A stretch of DNA of 50,030 nt, filler included, from Sphacelaria rigidula (GCA_964200075.2; 3 parts of 3 records of this genome joined end to end with filler, not necessarily neighbours in it), one strand, 5' to 3'; counted from the first letter of the whole stretch, positions 11,901 through 24,698 are shown. Numbers and translations: made by a program. Notes: generated by a model from the sequence alone, not told the origin.

Positions 11901-14751
11901 TGTGGAAACAAAACACACCATGGTTGTGGGACGGAGAGAGTACAGCTTCACCGCCTTTTGAAGGCACTCTTCGTTCTGTAATATACAACTAATTGTGGAA
12001 GAATGACAAGCGCCGTTCCCTTCCGTACAAATCGCGGAGACCGAAGTTGCAGGGTAACGCTTCACTATATCTCCGGTTATTCGACTGGCTCATTTAGCAC
12101 GTAGATTTTGGTACTGACCTGTATTCAAGTCCTTCAAAAATGTGGGATACCTGAACACTTATAGCTCAGGCTTTCATACAAACCAACCAAGTACAAGTTG
12201 GAATTTCGTACCGGTGCATTCAAAAGAGCCCCGGAAACTAAACAGTTCAGTCTGATGTACAACAAAAGCTAAACTATGCCAGTATGTTTAATGGCGAATA
12301 TGTACCTATTTCGGGAACGTGTTTCACGCTCGGTATATATGTATAGAGATAGGTTTTACGGGGTCAGTTGTTGCCGTGATAAAACGTTGCCCGAGTGTTC
12401 ACAAATGTACGATAAAGGAGACTTCGGACCGTAATACGTGTGAGTAATAGATTACTCCTAGCGTTGCGCCAGCCTGAGAGTGCTTTTGTTTGGTAGATTC
12501 AGAAGTGTAAATCCTTCCTCCCGGGTTCTCTTTTGGCTTGCCCTGGTCCAGGCACTTATCCCCTTTGCTGTTACTGCGGATTTCACACAAGTAGGGGGAT
12601 CTTTACTTAATGTTCTACCTGTGATAACACACAGTAGACACCGCAAACGCGCGGACGCCGCCAACCGCAAAGTCTGACATATCTGGACGACGCCTGGATA
12701 GCGGTTTGCACCCGACAAAACACGTCGATAGACATGATCAGAATCATTTTCATGAAATATGCAACATCTGAGTGGCGAGTACATATCCACAAAAGCGTAC
12801 AAGGACTTGCCGACGCGGCAAAATACGCTGTACAGCTAGCTCACGACATGCATGCTGTGGCGTGTTCACAAACCGTTTGCTCTCATGGGTACTGATACTA
12901 TGTTTTTTTCATCTCGAAGGCGACCGTGGGCTCATCCTGTCGGCTTCGGGCAGGTTCCGTGACGGTGACGGCTGCTGAGACCAAAGTACGCAGTTTCGTT
13001 CGAGGAAAGTGACGGAGAAGGACCGAGTAGATCCAGGGGCACCGCCGACGCTGCGGATCAGGGGTGCAATAGCTGCTCCGATAAAGGTTGAGGGGAGAGA
13101 CCAGGCAAGTTCCGCGACGATGCTGGTGGCGCAGAAAACAAATGTCGCAGTTCTGCCGACGGATATATTGGTGGAACTGCCGTATATGTAGTGTGCGCCG
13201 CGAGCGCTGTCAATGGACTTGCCTGACCCTTTTCCGCCACTTCTGTTGGAAAAAACGTCGCGTTCTTGATGTGCGCCTCCAAGAAAAGTGCATCGAGTCT
13301 CAGCACGGGCAAGGTATGTCAATATCTCGTGCGCCTTCAAGAGAAAAGCGGGGTGCTCCGCCGCAGGTACCACTGCTACATGCCCCTCCCTACAAGTAGT
13401 GATTTCCTAGGATGACTCCTCGATGTTGCTACATCACAGATGCACATGTGAAATGGGCCGGGGTTGTGGCTGGTTGGGGCGTGCTGGAGTCGTGATTTCC
13501 AGCATCACCACGGTGGCTGCTGCGGCTACCGTCGGACGTCCAATAGACACACCCGGCGACCGTTGAAGACACAGAAATGTAGCATCCACGGTACCGTCTG
13601 ATAGACATGAAGTGACCAGCTACCCTGCAATCATTCGTTGTCCACTTTGCCCGGTTTTAGAGCGTACATCGTTCACTGCCGAGCGATATGCTGATATCCA
13701 ATGGCGCGCCGATCGATGCGAGAGCAAGCGATGCAGCGAGGTGTTTTCCAGCCCTGGAAACAACACGATAACTTTCCTGTTCGGGTTGACGGTATGCCGT
13801 CAGTTTTCGACACTCCCGCACTCACGCCTCCTAATACACTACTTCAGGAATACAGCTGTGCATGTATCTGAAGTCATACGCAGTGCATTGCAGATCTAAT
13901 ACGTCTGTTTGGTCTGATCGCCAGTTCATGCTTTGGCACTAGAATCGTTTGCACTGGCATCGATCCACTCTCATGATTTCTACCCTTGAGTCTTGCGCCT
14001 ACTGACGTGGCACCCGGTAGTAACACCGCGCGGTGGAGTTGCATTCATAAGGTACACTACACCCTCCGAAAAGACACTCACCTTCCGGCAGTCCCTCGCT
14101 GCTCGTGTCGGTGTGTATATCACGACCATCATCAGGACCGCCATCACTGCCTCCGCCGCCATCATCACCACCATCACTACCACCGCCACGAGCACCGTCA
14201 GCACCACTGCCATCACTGCCACCGCCACCCTGGTCTGTGGGCCCCATGCCACCCTGTCCATGACGAAAAATATAATTTCATACATACATAGCCAATGGGA
14301 CGTGGGATCGGTTGGGGTGACTCCTAAAAAGGTTCGATTCTGTGTTCGGGATGAATCGAGTTTTCGTGCAGAAGTGGACATAATTTTCCAGATTTATATG
14401 ATGGTTGAAATCGCTAGGAGTCATCCGCAACATATGAGCCTGATCGATTGTTCGTGGGATGAGTCAGGTGGGATGATTCAGTGTGTGGGAAGCAACAAGG
14501 TACAAGGGCAAGTGCATCTGCGGTCAAGTAATCATAACCGTGTGTGGATCAAGGTCGAGGTTTGTGAGATACTGGAGACGGGTGGCGCGACTATTGGCGG
14601 GTGACGGTATCTCGAATCGCGGTTGTCTGAGTTCGTTGGTTTGTTTTGTTCTCTTGCTTCGACTGTCGCCGAGGCAAGCGAGGTCAAATCAGGCTGCTGG
14701 GGCAGGCGGCAAGGGCAAACGTGAGGCTAGTGGGGGAGAACACCCCCCCCC

Positions 14752-14821
14752 CCCCCCCTCCGGCGAGGTCAATGGTCTGATGACTATGGCATGCATGATC
14801 ATGAGTACACCCCCCCCTCCG
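14752..14821 (+). mobile_element. Oligo(C)-tailed retroposon-like insertion, copy 1 (47-bp core 14763-14809, TSD CCCCCCCTCCG)
   Basis: ccccccctccg [gcgaggtcaatggtctgatgactatggcatgcatgatcatgagtaca c] ccccccctccg. Confidence 0.8.
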
Positions 14822-14888
14822 ACAGGAGCCTTCGTCTGACGCATCCGTTACTATAGGCGATTTTACAGGCGGTGGTGCTTCTTCGTAG

Positions 14889-16500
14889 TTGGGGTGGATC
14901 ATGTCGAGTCCACCGGAGCAAGGGATAATGGTGGGTCTTCCGCGAGCCACAGTTCAAGAGATTGATACGTTGGACAATTTAGTTGGGGACCTGAGTGACA
15001 GCTTGGACCACGTGAGCAACCGCTTCGATCGCGTCGCAACCAAATTGGACGACACCAAGGAGGGTGGGAGAAATTTGGCTTTGCAGCTCACGAATAACAA
15101 CGACGGGGTTCGCCGAATGAGGAGGTGTTGAACCGTCTGGCATCACCATGGAACAGACCTATCACACCAGGGACTGGCTCTATCACATCAGGTGCTGGCT
15201 CTACCAGCCGCTCCGATGACGGCAATGTGCCCCACATGACGCCCGGTAGGGGTACTGTCGCAGACGCGGCTTGGTCGCTCGGTAGTGAATGTGACGATGT
15301 GACATTGTCGTCGCGAAGCCGTCCGGTGGTGGTGTGGTCAGGCATGTTGGCTATACGCTCCGAGTCGTTAGGTGCGCCAGTTGGGCGTCAAAGGAAATTT
15401 GCGAGTGCTGGCTACGGTGTAGGTGGATCTCGCCATTTCAACTTCGGTATACCGACCCCATTTCGCATCCCCGCCGGTGGGTGGGACAGTGTCAACCCGC
15501 AGACATCTAACATCGCCGGAGCTGACGCTGTGGGTGGGGTTGGGGCCGGTTGGGCGTATTTGCAGCGGTGGCGCGTTCCGAATCAAGCGGCAAATCAAGT
15601 AGCAACCTGGGCTGAAGTGGAACAAGGACGCAAGTATAAAGTGCGGGCTCGCGTGCAGCTCTGGCAAGATTCATCCTCGCGCAAGTGGTGGCTCCTAACG
15701 GCAAACCTCCTGCGCAGTCCTTCACCTCAGACGAATCGCAGAAGGTATTACGCTCAATGATCCCCGTCTCGTCAAAGGTGGAAACGGAACGCTTTCAGCC
15801 ATCGACGTTGCAGCCATCATGCCGCGCGGCGCGGTAGGTTCCGGTGCGGGCGAAGAATATTTTCTTGCTAGATCGATCGGGTTTGATGAGCGAGGTTTTT
15901 GGGCGCTGGTTGGGTGCCGGTTTAGGGGCGCCGTCTGGTGCAGGTGAGGTGTAGTGCGCCAGGCGGACGGAGGTGCTTCAGACGGCCGTCTGGTGCAAGG
16001 ATAATATTTTTACACAAACGTCAATTTTCCATGGTGGTCCAGCCTGCGGCCACCGGTGCCATGGCGCACATCATCAACTCCGACCTCGGCAAGGGGTCGG
16101 ATACCCTGGTGTAATGGTCGCAGCATATCTATGCCCGGAATTGCTCTCCCCCGCCAAACACCGGCGTTTAGGCGCGTAGTCATTTCCGCCTCTCCTCGCC
16201 TTCCCTTAGCTACGCTCATTCATTGCAACCGGGTACGACGCCGTCAGATAGTGAGAGCGGGGTATGTTGATGCGTCGGAAGTGGTGAGGATGGGAGGTTA
16301 CAGTGGTGTTGGCGCGAGTGGTGCAACGGGAACCGGTGCCGGAAGCGGCAGTCGTGGGGCGGCGGCTGGGGGCACCGTTACCGCAGGAAGCGGACAATCG
16401 GCGGCTAAACGAATTCGGCGAAGCCAGCCGTGCTTCGGGTTTCTCGACTCCGGGCACTATCGATGGGGTGACAAATACGGGTATAGCCACGACGTACAAC
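14889..16500 (+). pseudogene. Degenerate gag/ORF1-like sequence with coiled coil and a CCCH-like zinc finger (possibly DIRS/Ngaro or other retroelement ORF1)
   Basis: Heptad-like QEIDTLDNLVGDLSDSLDHVSNRFDRVATKLDD; a Gly-rich linker followed by PCFGFLDSGHYRWGDKYGYSH (decayed C-x8-C-x5-C-x3-H); broken frames. Confidence 0.4.
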
Positions 16501-16550
16501 GAACTGGAGGTTGTGGTAACTCGAGTACCACCAGCAGGGGTGGCGGCAGT

Positions 16551-16619
16551 GGTGTACTCATGATCATGCATGCCATAGTCTCAAGACCATTGACCTCGCA
16601 TCCCCACAATGCCGGGACG
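16551..16619 (-). mobile_element. Oligo(C)-tailed family, copy 2 (runs into gap)
   Basis: ggtgtactcatgatcatgcatgccatagtctcaagaccattgacctcgc is the reverse complement of the copy 1 core. Confidence 0.8.
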
Positions 16620-16719
16620 NNNNNNNNNNNNNNNNNNNNNNNNNNNNNNNNNNNNNNNNNNNNTTAATTAATTAANNNNNNNNNNNNNNNNNNNNNNNNN
16701 NNNNNNNNNNNNNNNNNNN
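16620..16719. other. Assembly spacer: N-run with TTAATTAATTAA linker
   Basis: 100 bp; ttaattaattaa at 16664-16675 gives stops in all six frames. Confidence 0.95.
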
Positions 16720-17168
16720 GCGACCTGGGGTCGCGGTTTCGCCGCTGGTTGCTGGTCGTGGTGTGGGGGGGGGGGGGGGGGGGGGGCAACACAATACGTT
16801 CTTGTATGGAGGTGGAATATAATATTTGTGTGGATGAATTTTTGATGGTTGATGTTTGGTTGTGGTGAATGATATACAGTGGGCTTTTCTTCTTGTGGAG
16901 GAGGGGAAGACAAAATATATACCAGTCATAAGGACACAAGATGCGACACCAGTCAGCATCGTACTGTGAATCACATTTGTCATTTTTTCAAGTACACAAT
17001 AAAAGAGGAAGAGGTTGGGAAAAATATATATATAAATATCCAAGTGAGGGAGAGAGACAAAAGCGAGCGCGAGTTGAGTGATGGAACAGCGGAGTTCAGA
17101 GAACCGCACCTTGGCGGGACCCACCCTGTATATCCCCCGCCCCCATCCCCATTTATCCTCATCCTCAC

Positions 17169-17378
17169 CTCGAACATGGCCGCGGCCTTGGTCAGAAACT
17201 CGAACAGTCCCGGACGCATGCGCACGTAATAGGAAACCTGCTTGACCGTCGGCTCTTCCTGCTCCCCGTCACCATCACCGTTCGGCTCACCCCCACCCTT
17301 CTCGGGTCCATCGCCTTCGGCGTTGTCGACCATGCGAGTCGCCGGGGGAGGGTCTGTGTTGTGGATCTTGAAGATGAT
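17169..17378 (-). CDS. FCP1/SCP (NIF-domain) CTD phosphatase-like gene, exon 3
   Basis: ttttacag acceptor and GAG|gtgagg donor; 210 bp, phase 0; encodes ...SYYVRMRPGLFEFLTKAAAMFE (NIF motif YVxxRPxxxEFL). Confidence 0.88.
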
Positions 17379-18887
17379 CTGTAAAAGAAGGGGGTAAGTG
17401 CGCGGGTGAGGGTAAAGCAGGCGGGGGGATTGGTGATGGCGCAAACAGAAAACAATGTACGTCCGTGTACTAATGTAATATGGGTCTTGCTAACGGGTTT
17501 GTTTTAATTCCGAGGAATCTAAGAAATTTTCGGAAAAGTACCAAAAAAAATTCTGAAGGAATGTGCGAGCAATCTCTTCAACCCTCAGACGGCGAACCCC
17601 CCTCGGATGGACGTTCGAATGGAATTATGCCTCAGTTGGCATTCAGAACAGCTTTTCTATCGCTGCATAGAGCGTCTTTTTTCATTGACATGTGTGGTTG
17701 TTGGGCATCGATGTAGAAAATAGTCACGGAGAACCCCTGGCCGGTTTTGACCCTGCGGTCAATTGCGTGCAGAGTCAACACGTGTGTTGTATGTCTCCGC
17801 TGGATACGGCGGCAAAAAACGGCTTACTATTGACCTTCACTGCACATGCTCAGTGTTTCAAAACACTCCAGTGTGGAGGAGCTATGCTGGCAACATCAAA
17901 GGGGTCAAGCAGGCGGCACCAACCACACGTAGAATACAAGGCACGTTATTTGCGCACATCTAGAGTTGAATTCTAACGATCAAAATGATAGACACGACTA
18001 TTATAGATAGCGAAGTAGGCCAAATGTAGGGGAACAAAGTGACCATTTTGATAGCCGTGAGTGGTCAGAATTGAAGCCTCGCTCCCGTAAGACCCCGTTC
18101 CCGGCGTTTGATTTTCCATGAGAAACATCCGAGGGTCAGACGAATTAATGATCCATGTGGAAATTATTTGATTTTAGTGCGATTGATTCGTACGGTACGA
18201 ATCAATCCTCAGGCTTCGTTTTCAGCGTTGCAACCCAGGTACGCGCAGCCCGGGCACGTGCAATGGCGCGAGAATCGCGTGGAGACCTTTTTGACTAGCG
18301 GTCAACTTTTTCATCTCTTCTCGAGAAAGCAACCAGGCCTGAAAAATCGTGGATTTGGTGATTCGAACCGGCCATGATTCGTCCGAACCGTGGACATATC
18401 GAAACACACATGGTTGACTGGTGAGCTCGCTTTTCGAGTGTTATACGAATAGGTCCCCCGCCCACTGGAAACCCCGAGATGTCCCTGGACCGTTAGCCCG
18501 TAGAACTCTTCCGAGGGGGAGCTCGCTGTCAAAGGGGTATCCCTTATACAGACCCTGTACTAGGATAAAAAGTAGGAGCCACATCTCGCCATGCAGTAAT
18601 TTTTCACGTAAAAACTGATGCTGATTCAACAGATGACCCATACACGCCATCAAAGGGGTAACCAGGTAAGCCGAAGAGAGTAATTTAAGACCGACTTGTC
18701 GTACAGAGAGGGAAAAAAGCGAAAAAATGCCCGTGCAAAAAAAGCCGTAATTATCAAAAAAAATTAATCTTCATTTTTCATACTTCTCATCTCTTTTATC
18801 GTGGACTTCGGACTCCTCAAAAGACGACCAGGAGTGCCTAGCGCACTATGCGGTGTTCGTTGATTTTTTATATTCCCATCGCAGAGC

Positions 18888-18932
18888 TAACCCTTAGATC
18901 CAGAAAGACTAATCTCGCGGTCTAAGGGTTAA
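18888..18932. mobile_element. Internally deleted piggyBac-type MITE
   Basis: taacccttaga...aagactaatctcgcggtctaagggttaa, same TIR as 25226-25323. Confidence 0.6.
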
Positions 18933-19715
18933 AAAGGACCGACTGTATCTCAACCCCCACCCCCCCCCCCCCCCCCCCCCCCCCCTCCCTCCCCTCCCCT
19001 GCTCTCCNNNNNNNNNNCGCCCCAACCCCAACACCCACAGCCAAAAAAAACCAACACGCTCGGTTTTGAATGAAAAAAATCCAAAACCCTCCCCCCCCCC
19101 CCCCCCCCCCCCCCCCCCTTTTCTTTTTCGCCGCGCAGGGATACCCGAGTGGGATCGTCGACTTGGCACCAACGGCCCGTTCTAACGGTAACCGGGACAA
19201 AAAAAGTGACAACGCACCGTGAGAATGATTCTGGCGGGTGGAGTTGACACTTGAATCGGGATAGTAGACCATCAAGGTCATGCATACTACTTTCACGTGA
19301 AATTGATGCCGATTCAAAATATGAATTACCTACCCTCGCCGTCCAAGGCCCAGGAGTTAGTTCTTGTTTTCTTCTGTACTTCCACTTGGTTGCTCATCAG
19401 TTCTCAACCACTCGGAAGGGCAGAAGAGAACAAGATTACAAGATAACGCCTGAATCGCTTTCACGGCACATTCTTGCTTTCCTTGTCTCGTTGATTAAAA
19501 CACGGCCTTACGCACGCCCCCACAACATCGAGTGAGAATGTCCGTCCGGACGGGGAAGTCGGCTCAATGTCAGTCAATCGCATCATCTCGAATACTGTAC
19601 AACAACCAATTGTTGGTCCTTTCACCGCGAGGGTGGGATAACGTGTTGCACCGGAATCATTTTCTCGTGAAGAGTTCGGACCATCTTTCATGGCAGTCAC
19701 CAATTTCGAGCTTAA

Positions 19716-19896
19716 CCCTTCGACCGCGGCACGGGTAGTCCATCTAGGTCATGCAAAACTTTGTCAAGTGAATATTGATGCCGATTCAGCAGGTAAGCTA
19801 CACTCGCGGGTAGTTCATCTCGATTCACGTGTACTTTTTCCACGTGAAATTGATGCCGATTCAGCGGGTGACCCACCTACCATCCCGGTGAAGGGG
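19716..19896. mobile_element. piggyBac-type MITE, TTAA-flanked
   Basis: TTAA|cccttcgaccgcg...ccggtgaagggg|TTAA, with two internal aa(a/t)attgatgccgattcagc motifs. Confidence 0.7.
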
Positions 19897-21092
19897 TTAA
19901 CGTAGACCGGAGGGAAAAAAATCGGGAAACACATGTCGTGAACCGATCCGGGCCAAATCTACGGAGAAAAAATCGGGGTGTCACGATTTCTGAACGAATT
20001 CCCCAGGTTTTTCATCGGGGGGAAAGGGAGGTCTCCCCGATTTGGAGGTGACGTACGCGCCTTGACGTACAACAGTAGGGTACGAGGCGTTTGATATTTT
20101 TGCAACAGCAGCAGGAGACAGTCTCGTAACAGCACAGAGCGTGCCTGCCCGCGCCAGCTGCTGAAGCAGCTTCGCACGGGGTTTTGACAAGCAGATAGTA
20201 AGTGTTGACGCCGTACCCTACGGCAATAGTAGTATTTCATGCTGCACTGCGCTGCCATATATATCACTGTCACGAATGACGCTGTACTATCGTAGTCTAT
20301 TGTCGCTGTAGCAGGGTCATGTATAGCACTGCAATACAGTACTGAACTCTTGTCGCACACTGCTCGTCCACTGCTCTCTCGATACCGACCGTGCCATTAA
20401 TGTATGATAGAGTGTCCTGCACTCCATCACCATAGGAAACCAAGATACGACACTGTTGTACTCGAACGATTATTCACCACCTGCCTGCCCTTCGGCTTCA
20501 TGCAGTTGTACGCGATACTCGTACCACTCTCATGTAGAAAATGATTTGTGTGTACCGAACGGTTCCACAGATTTGTGTCACCATAAAGCGGTGCCCCCGA
20601 TTTCGAGTTCGCAAATTTGAGTCCAGGTCTCAAAATAGTCCACATTCGTAGCCATGAAAGATGGTCTGTGAGTGTGAGACGCAGATCGCCCACCCTCGCT
20701 GTCAAAGGGTTATTAACCCTTTTTTGGGACCGCACTCCGACAAACATGATTTTTGCGCCTGGGGGCCTTGTTGTGAATTGGCATCGTTTTCAGTCTTTTC
20801 CAAGTAGAACTGATGCCGACTCACGAAAAAAACTCACAAAAAAGTCCCTGCGCACAAACACAATATTTCTGGGAGTCCGGTCCTCCAAGGGATGGATCCT
20901 TTAACCGCCACAACAGACCATCTGAACCATGATCTCATTCTTCAAGTGGAGGCGGTGCCTATTCAGCACACGACCTGCCCTAACGGTAAAAATCCCCTCT
21001 CTGGCGATGTGGCCGTGGAAGCGACAGCTTCGGAGCTGCCCCCCTGCATAACGTGCATACGGGAACAGTCCTCACCGGATCTGCTAGCGATT

Positions 21093-21390
21093 TGTGTGTG
21101 TTGTGTTTTGTTGTCATCTCATCTGCTCTGGACGCCGGGCTACACGTTTCAGTATACGTGGGCGCATCAGCCGGGGTCACCAGAGGAAGATGACCAACAC
21201 GGGGACTTTTGCTTTTTGCTTGTTCCCACCCTCACTTTGCAGTGCTTCAAGACTCATCTTCTATCGGGAGAGGGGTTCGTCGGTTCCTGTCCCTTGTCGA
21301 CCGTGGCGTCGAATTTTGTGTACCCACGACATACAAGTAGTCGCTCTCAGCTGTTGTTGGGCATGTTAAGAAACGAAAAAAGAATCACCC
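21093..21390 (-). mobile_element. tRNA-derived SINE body
   Basis: Homologous to 25778-26060 (tgtgtgtg tail, gggcgca.cagccggggtcac, gtcgaccgt, gtcgctctc). Confidence 0.7.
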
Positions 21391-21781
21391 ACGTATATAT
21401 TCCCATGATCATCAGTGTTTGCCGTTACCGGCTATTTCATACTAATTTCCTGTGCATACTTTATAATTTGACTGCACAAAGGAGGCCTGAAAATCACAGT
21501 TGAAGAGGAACACGTATGGGGTGTCACGTGAGACGGAGGGCGCTTCGAACGCGACGACGGAATTGTTCACGTCAATGACGCGTGAAGCGGTACACAACAA
21601 TGTCATGATATTCAGTCATCTTGGAGCCCAGCCCCCACACAAGTAATGCATGCCGTAATATGCAACCAGGCTTTCCAAGTTCATTATACATACAACAATA
21701 CACGAGTATGATTTACAAATAATGGAAGCCATCCATCCTCTTCACAGACGTCAGATTATTATTTTCGGTTGATTCTCTGAC

Positions 21782-22075
21782 CTGGAAGTCACACGGGCAT
21801 GGCTTGCGAGTGCTCGACACAAGCGTCTCGTCTAAATCCAGCACCAGCGTCGTTCTCTTGCCCGAAGGTGTCGCGCCGCCGCTCGATCGTTCTCTGCTGT
21901 TACACTTGTCTCCCGTCACCCCCGTGTTGACCCGCCGGAAACCTGAGCGCCGCTGCTGCTGCTGCTCAAGTGATAACTGTGGCTCCAGAAGAGGTGGCAG
22001 AGAGGAGGACTCGTCCCCAACGTCCACGTGCTTGAGGGAGCGGATGAACTTCTTCTCCGCATCGGGCACCACGAC
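21782..22075 (-). CDS. FCP1/SCP CTD phosphatase-like (CTDSPL2/SCP4-like) gene, exon 2 with catalytic DxDxT motif
   Basis: ttcag acceptor and CAG|gtcaga donor; 294 bp, phase 0; encodes VVVPDAEKKFIRSL...KRTTLVLDLDETLVSSTRKPCPCDFQ. Confidence 0.9.
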
Positions 22076-22521
22076 CTGAAGATTCACAGAAACAGTGCGT
22101 GCAATATACGCATGTTTAAAAACGAAAAGAGGATCAAGTTGTTCGGGTATACAGCAGTTGATTACGAAAAAAAATGGATAATGACCACAAAAACGACCTA
22201 TAGGTAAGGACGAACTACCGTAGTAATCACATCCTGGAAAAAACATTGACTTGTAAGAAACGTACTGCGTACAGTATGGAATCCATTGTCTGCTACAAAA
22301 TGCGCAATAGTCGATACTGTACACAGTACACTTTGTGACAAGTGTATTCTTTTGTTCAGGGTGTGGTCGTAATAATGTTGCCTTGAGCTTGCCAGGAGGC
22401 ATCCGTCTCGGATACGAAGAGGGATAGGTAAATGAAGTACTTGCCTACTATGGCGCGCCCTTTCTTCTCTCTGCATGAGGAAGCATTCATCCCTACCCCA
22501 AACAACACTCGAGTGGAGTGT

Positions 22522-22722
22522 GGGGGTGTACTCATGACCTCACATGCGGTACGTAGTCATGAGGCCATTGACCTCGCATCCCTACACAAGCCGGGACGGA
22601 GCACGCCAGGTTTTGGCCGGAACACGCTCGCAACTCATCACCAAGCAAAGTGCCGTCATGTGTCCGGCGGATCGCATCAGTGGTGATGCTACATCCTGCA
22701 AGGATTCTCCGGCCCGAAACGT
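22522..22722 (-). mobile_element. Oligo(C)-tailed family, copy 3 (long, at least 200 bp)
   Basis: gggggtgtactcatga...ccattgacctcgcatccc...gggacggagcacgcc; aligns with copy 4 over about 200 bp. Confidence 0.75.
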
Positions 22723-22831
22723 TGTGATTATTTTGTTTGTTTATGGGTGGACCCGATTTCCTAGCTTGCGTAGTGAGTGGCGTGTTTGAAAGCGTCGACG
22801 CCAACCGACGCCAACCCTCAAACGAGGCAAA

Positions 22832-23030
22832 GGGGGGGGGGGGGGAGGGGTGTACTCATGATCTTGCATGCCATAGTCACATGACCATTGAACACGCATA
22901 TGGCGGGACGGAGCACGCCGGGTTTTCGCCGGACCTGGCTCGCAATCAATCACCAACCGCGGAGCACCGTGGTGTGTTCGGCGAGTCGCATGAGCTGCAT
23001 CCTGCTAAGATTGTTCGGCTCGAACCGTAC
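22832..23030 (-). mobile_element. Oligo(C)-tailed family, copy 4 (long, G14AG4 tail on plus strand)
   Basis: G-run followed by tgtactcatgatcttgcatgccatagtcacatgaccattgaac...gggacggagcacgcc. Confidence 0.8.
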
Positions 23031-23138
23031 TGATTCATCTTGCATTTGGATGACCGCCTCCAACGAGTTGCTTTGTTTTCTGGTATCGCCACTTCCAGAG
23101 ACAGTCACGGCTTTTATACTGCCTCATGGGCGTCTTAC

Positions 23139-24551
23139 CATTTCAAAGGGAAGGGGAGGGGAGACAAACGAAATCCCCAGCTTCCACCACCTCCTTTGCC
23201 CCCCAAATGACCCTTTCCCAAAACTAACCTTTGCGCGACGTATCGCCCCAACCGAATCTCCCGAGGTCGGCGGACAATCCCCGCTATCAGATTCGCAAAT
23301 CACCGCCAACTGGCCGGCCGCCGCGGGACCACCGCGAGCGGACATGCTGCGGCCCCTACGGCGACGGCGCAGACTCTCGCTGTCCACACCGCCGGATCTC
23401 ACGTGGCTTGCGCCCCTGTCCGGGGTCATCTGCGTGAGCGAGTCGCCCTTCTTTCGGCTGTTCGTGGGGGCACCACCCACAGAAGATACTGAAGGGCGAT
23501 GGCGGCCGCGGGCAGTGGTGGCGCTGCTGCTTTTGGGGGCGTTGTGGTGTAGAGCACGACGTGGTGTATCCTTAACCTTGTCGCCACTGTTCGTACTCCT
23601 ACCCCTGCTGTTGCTGCTGTCGCTGCTGATGCTGATGCTGCTGTTCATGTTCGTGCTTCCGCCTTTTGCAGACACAGCAGGTGTGCCCCTGCCAATCCTA
23701 CCACCACTACCCATGCTGCTGTTGCTGCTGCTGCTGCTGTTCATGTTCATGCTTCCGCCTTTTGCAGACACGGCAGGTGTACCCCTGCCGATTCTACCAC
23801 CACCACCACCACCACCACCGCGGCGGCCGCCACCCCAGCCGCCCGCGGTAGGACCCATCGCTTCAGCATAGCGACCGCCAGGCTGTGGCGACAACGACGA
23901 CGACGAGCGAACCCTTGAGGCATTGCCGAAACCCCGTCGCCCCGGGACCGAAGCGGCTCGACGGAAGCTCGGCGCCGGAGCCACGTTCGACGCCTCGACT
24001 ATGGCGTTGTACAGCTCAGCCCGCGACGTCGGGGAGAGGGGGGCGGCGGAAGCAAGGCTTGTAGCCTCCTCGTATGAGGGCAAGCGCGATACCGGCGCCG
24101 GTCTAGCTCGGGTTCGGTTTCTTCTGGGGGTGGTGCTGATCTTGTTGCTACCGCTGCCGCTACCGACTAGCCTCTTCTGCCGCACTGTCTTTCCTTTCTC
24201 TCCGGCGGAGTGTGTGTTGTCGCGGGGGCTAGTATTGCTCGAGCTGCTGCTTGTCTGCGTGTCAGTGTCGGATCCACTGGAGGGTGGGTCTTGTCCGCGC
24301 TCTCGCTCGCGTCCCCGCTGCGTGGCTGGTGAGGGCGGCCTCGACAGCTTCCGGGTCCCGTGCGATTCGCTGAATCTTACCGCATTATCGATGTTGGCGT
24401 TGGTAGTGCCCCTCATGGTGGGCGAAGTGTAGGGGGAAACGCCAGTGGCGGACCATCGGGATGAGTCGCTGTGGCTGCTACCCGAATAGCATGTCGGGTT
24501 CGTGCCGAAGCTCGATTGGCTCAGCGACCTGATGCCGTCTTTTTCTGCCAT
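23139..24551 (-). CDS. CTD phosphatase-like gene, probable exon 1 (471-codon Ser/Arg/Gly-rich disordered N-terminus)
   Basis: Long ORF from ATG 24551 ending at a strong ATG|gtaaga donor in phase 0, compatible with exon 2. A long disordered N-terminus is typical of CTDSPL2-like proteins. Confidence 0.72.
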
Positions 24552-24650
24552 ATCCTTGGCTGTTGCATGGTGGAACGCTGGCGCTGCCGTCGATCTGTTC
24601 GGGGTGTTTGTTTTTTCCGTTTTTCGAAGAACAAGGAAATGAGAAGAAAA

Positions 24651-24698
24651 GGGGGGGTATACTCATGATCAAATATGCCGTAGTCGTAACACCATTGG
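24651..24698 (-). mobile_element. Oligo(C)-tailed family, copy 5 (short, diverged)
   Basis: gggggggtatactcatgatcaaatatgccgtagtcgtaacaccattg. Confidence 0.65.

Noticed and set aside
14763-16600. Copies 1 and 2 of the C-tailed family as TIRs of a 1.8-kb DNA transposon
   Set aside because: Copy 1 has its own TSD, and the same sequence occurs singly elsewhere, so these are independent insertions
22382-22444. Possible extra phase-0 micro-exon (ASTSFTYPSSYPRRMPPGKLK) of the phosphatase
   Set aside because: Requires a weak GC donor and an acceptor without a pyrimidine tract; needs RNA-seq
22888-24432. Plus-strand ORFs of 327 and 169 aa
   Set aside because: Antisense shadows of the GC-rich minus-strand phosphatase exon
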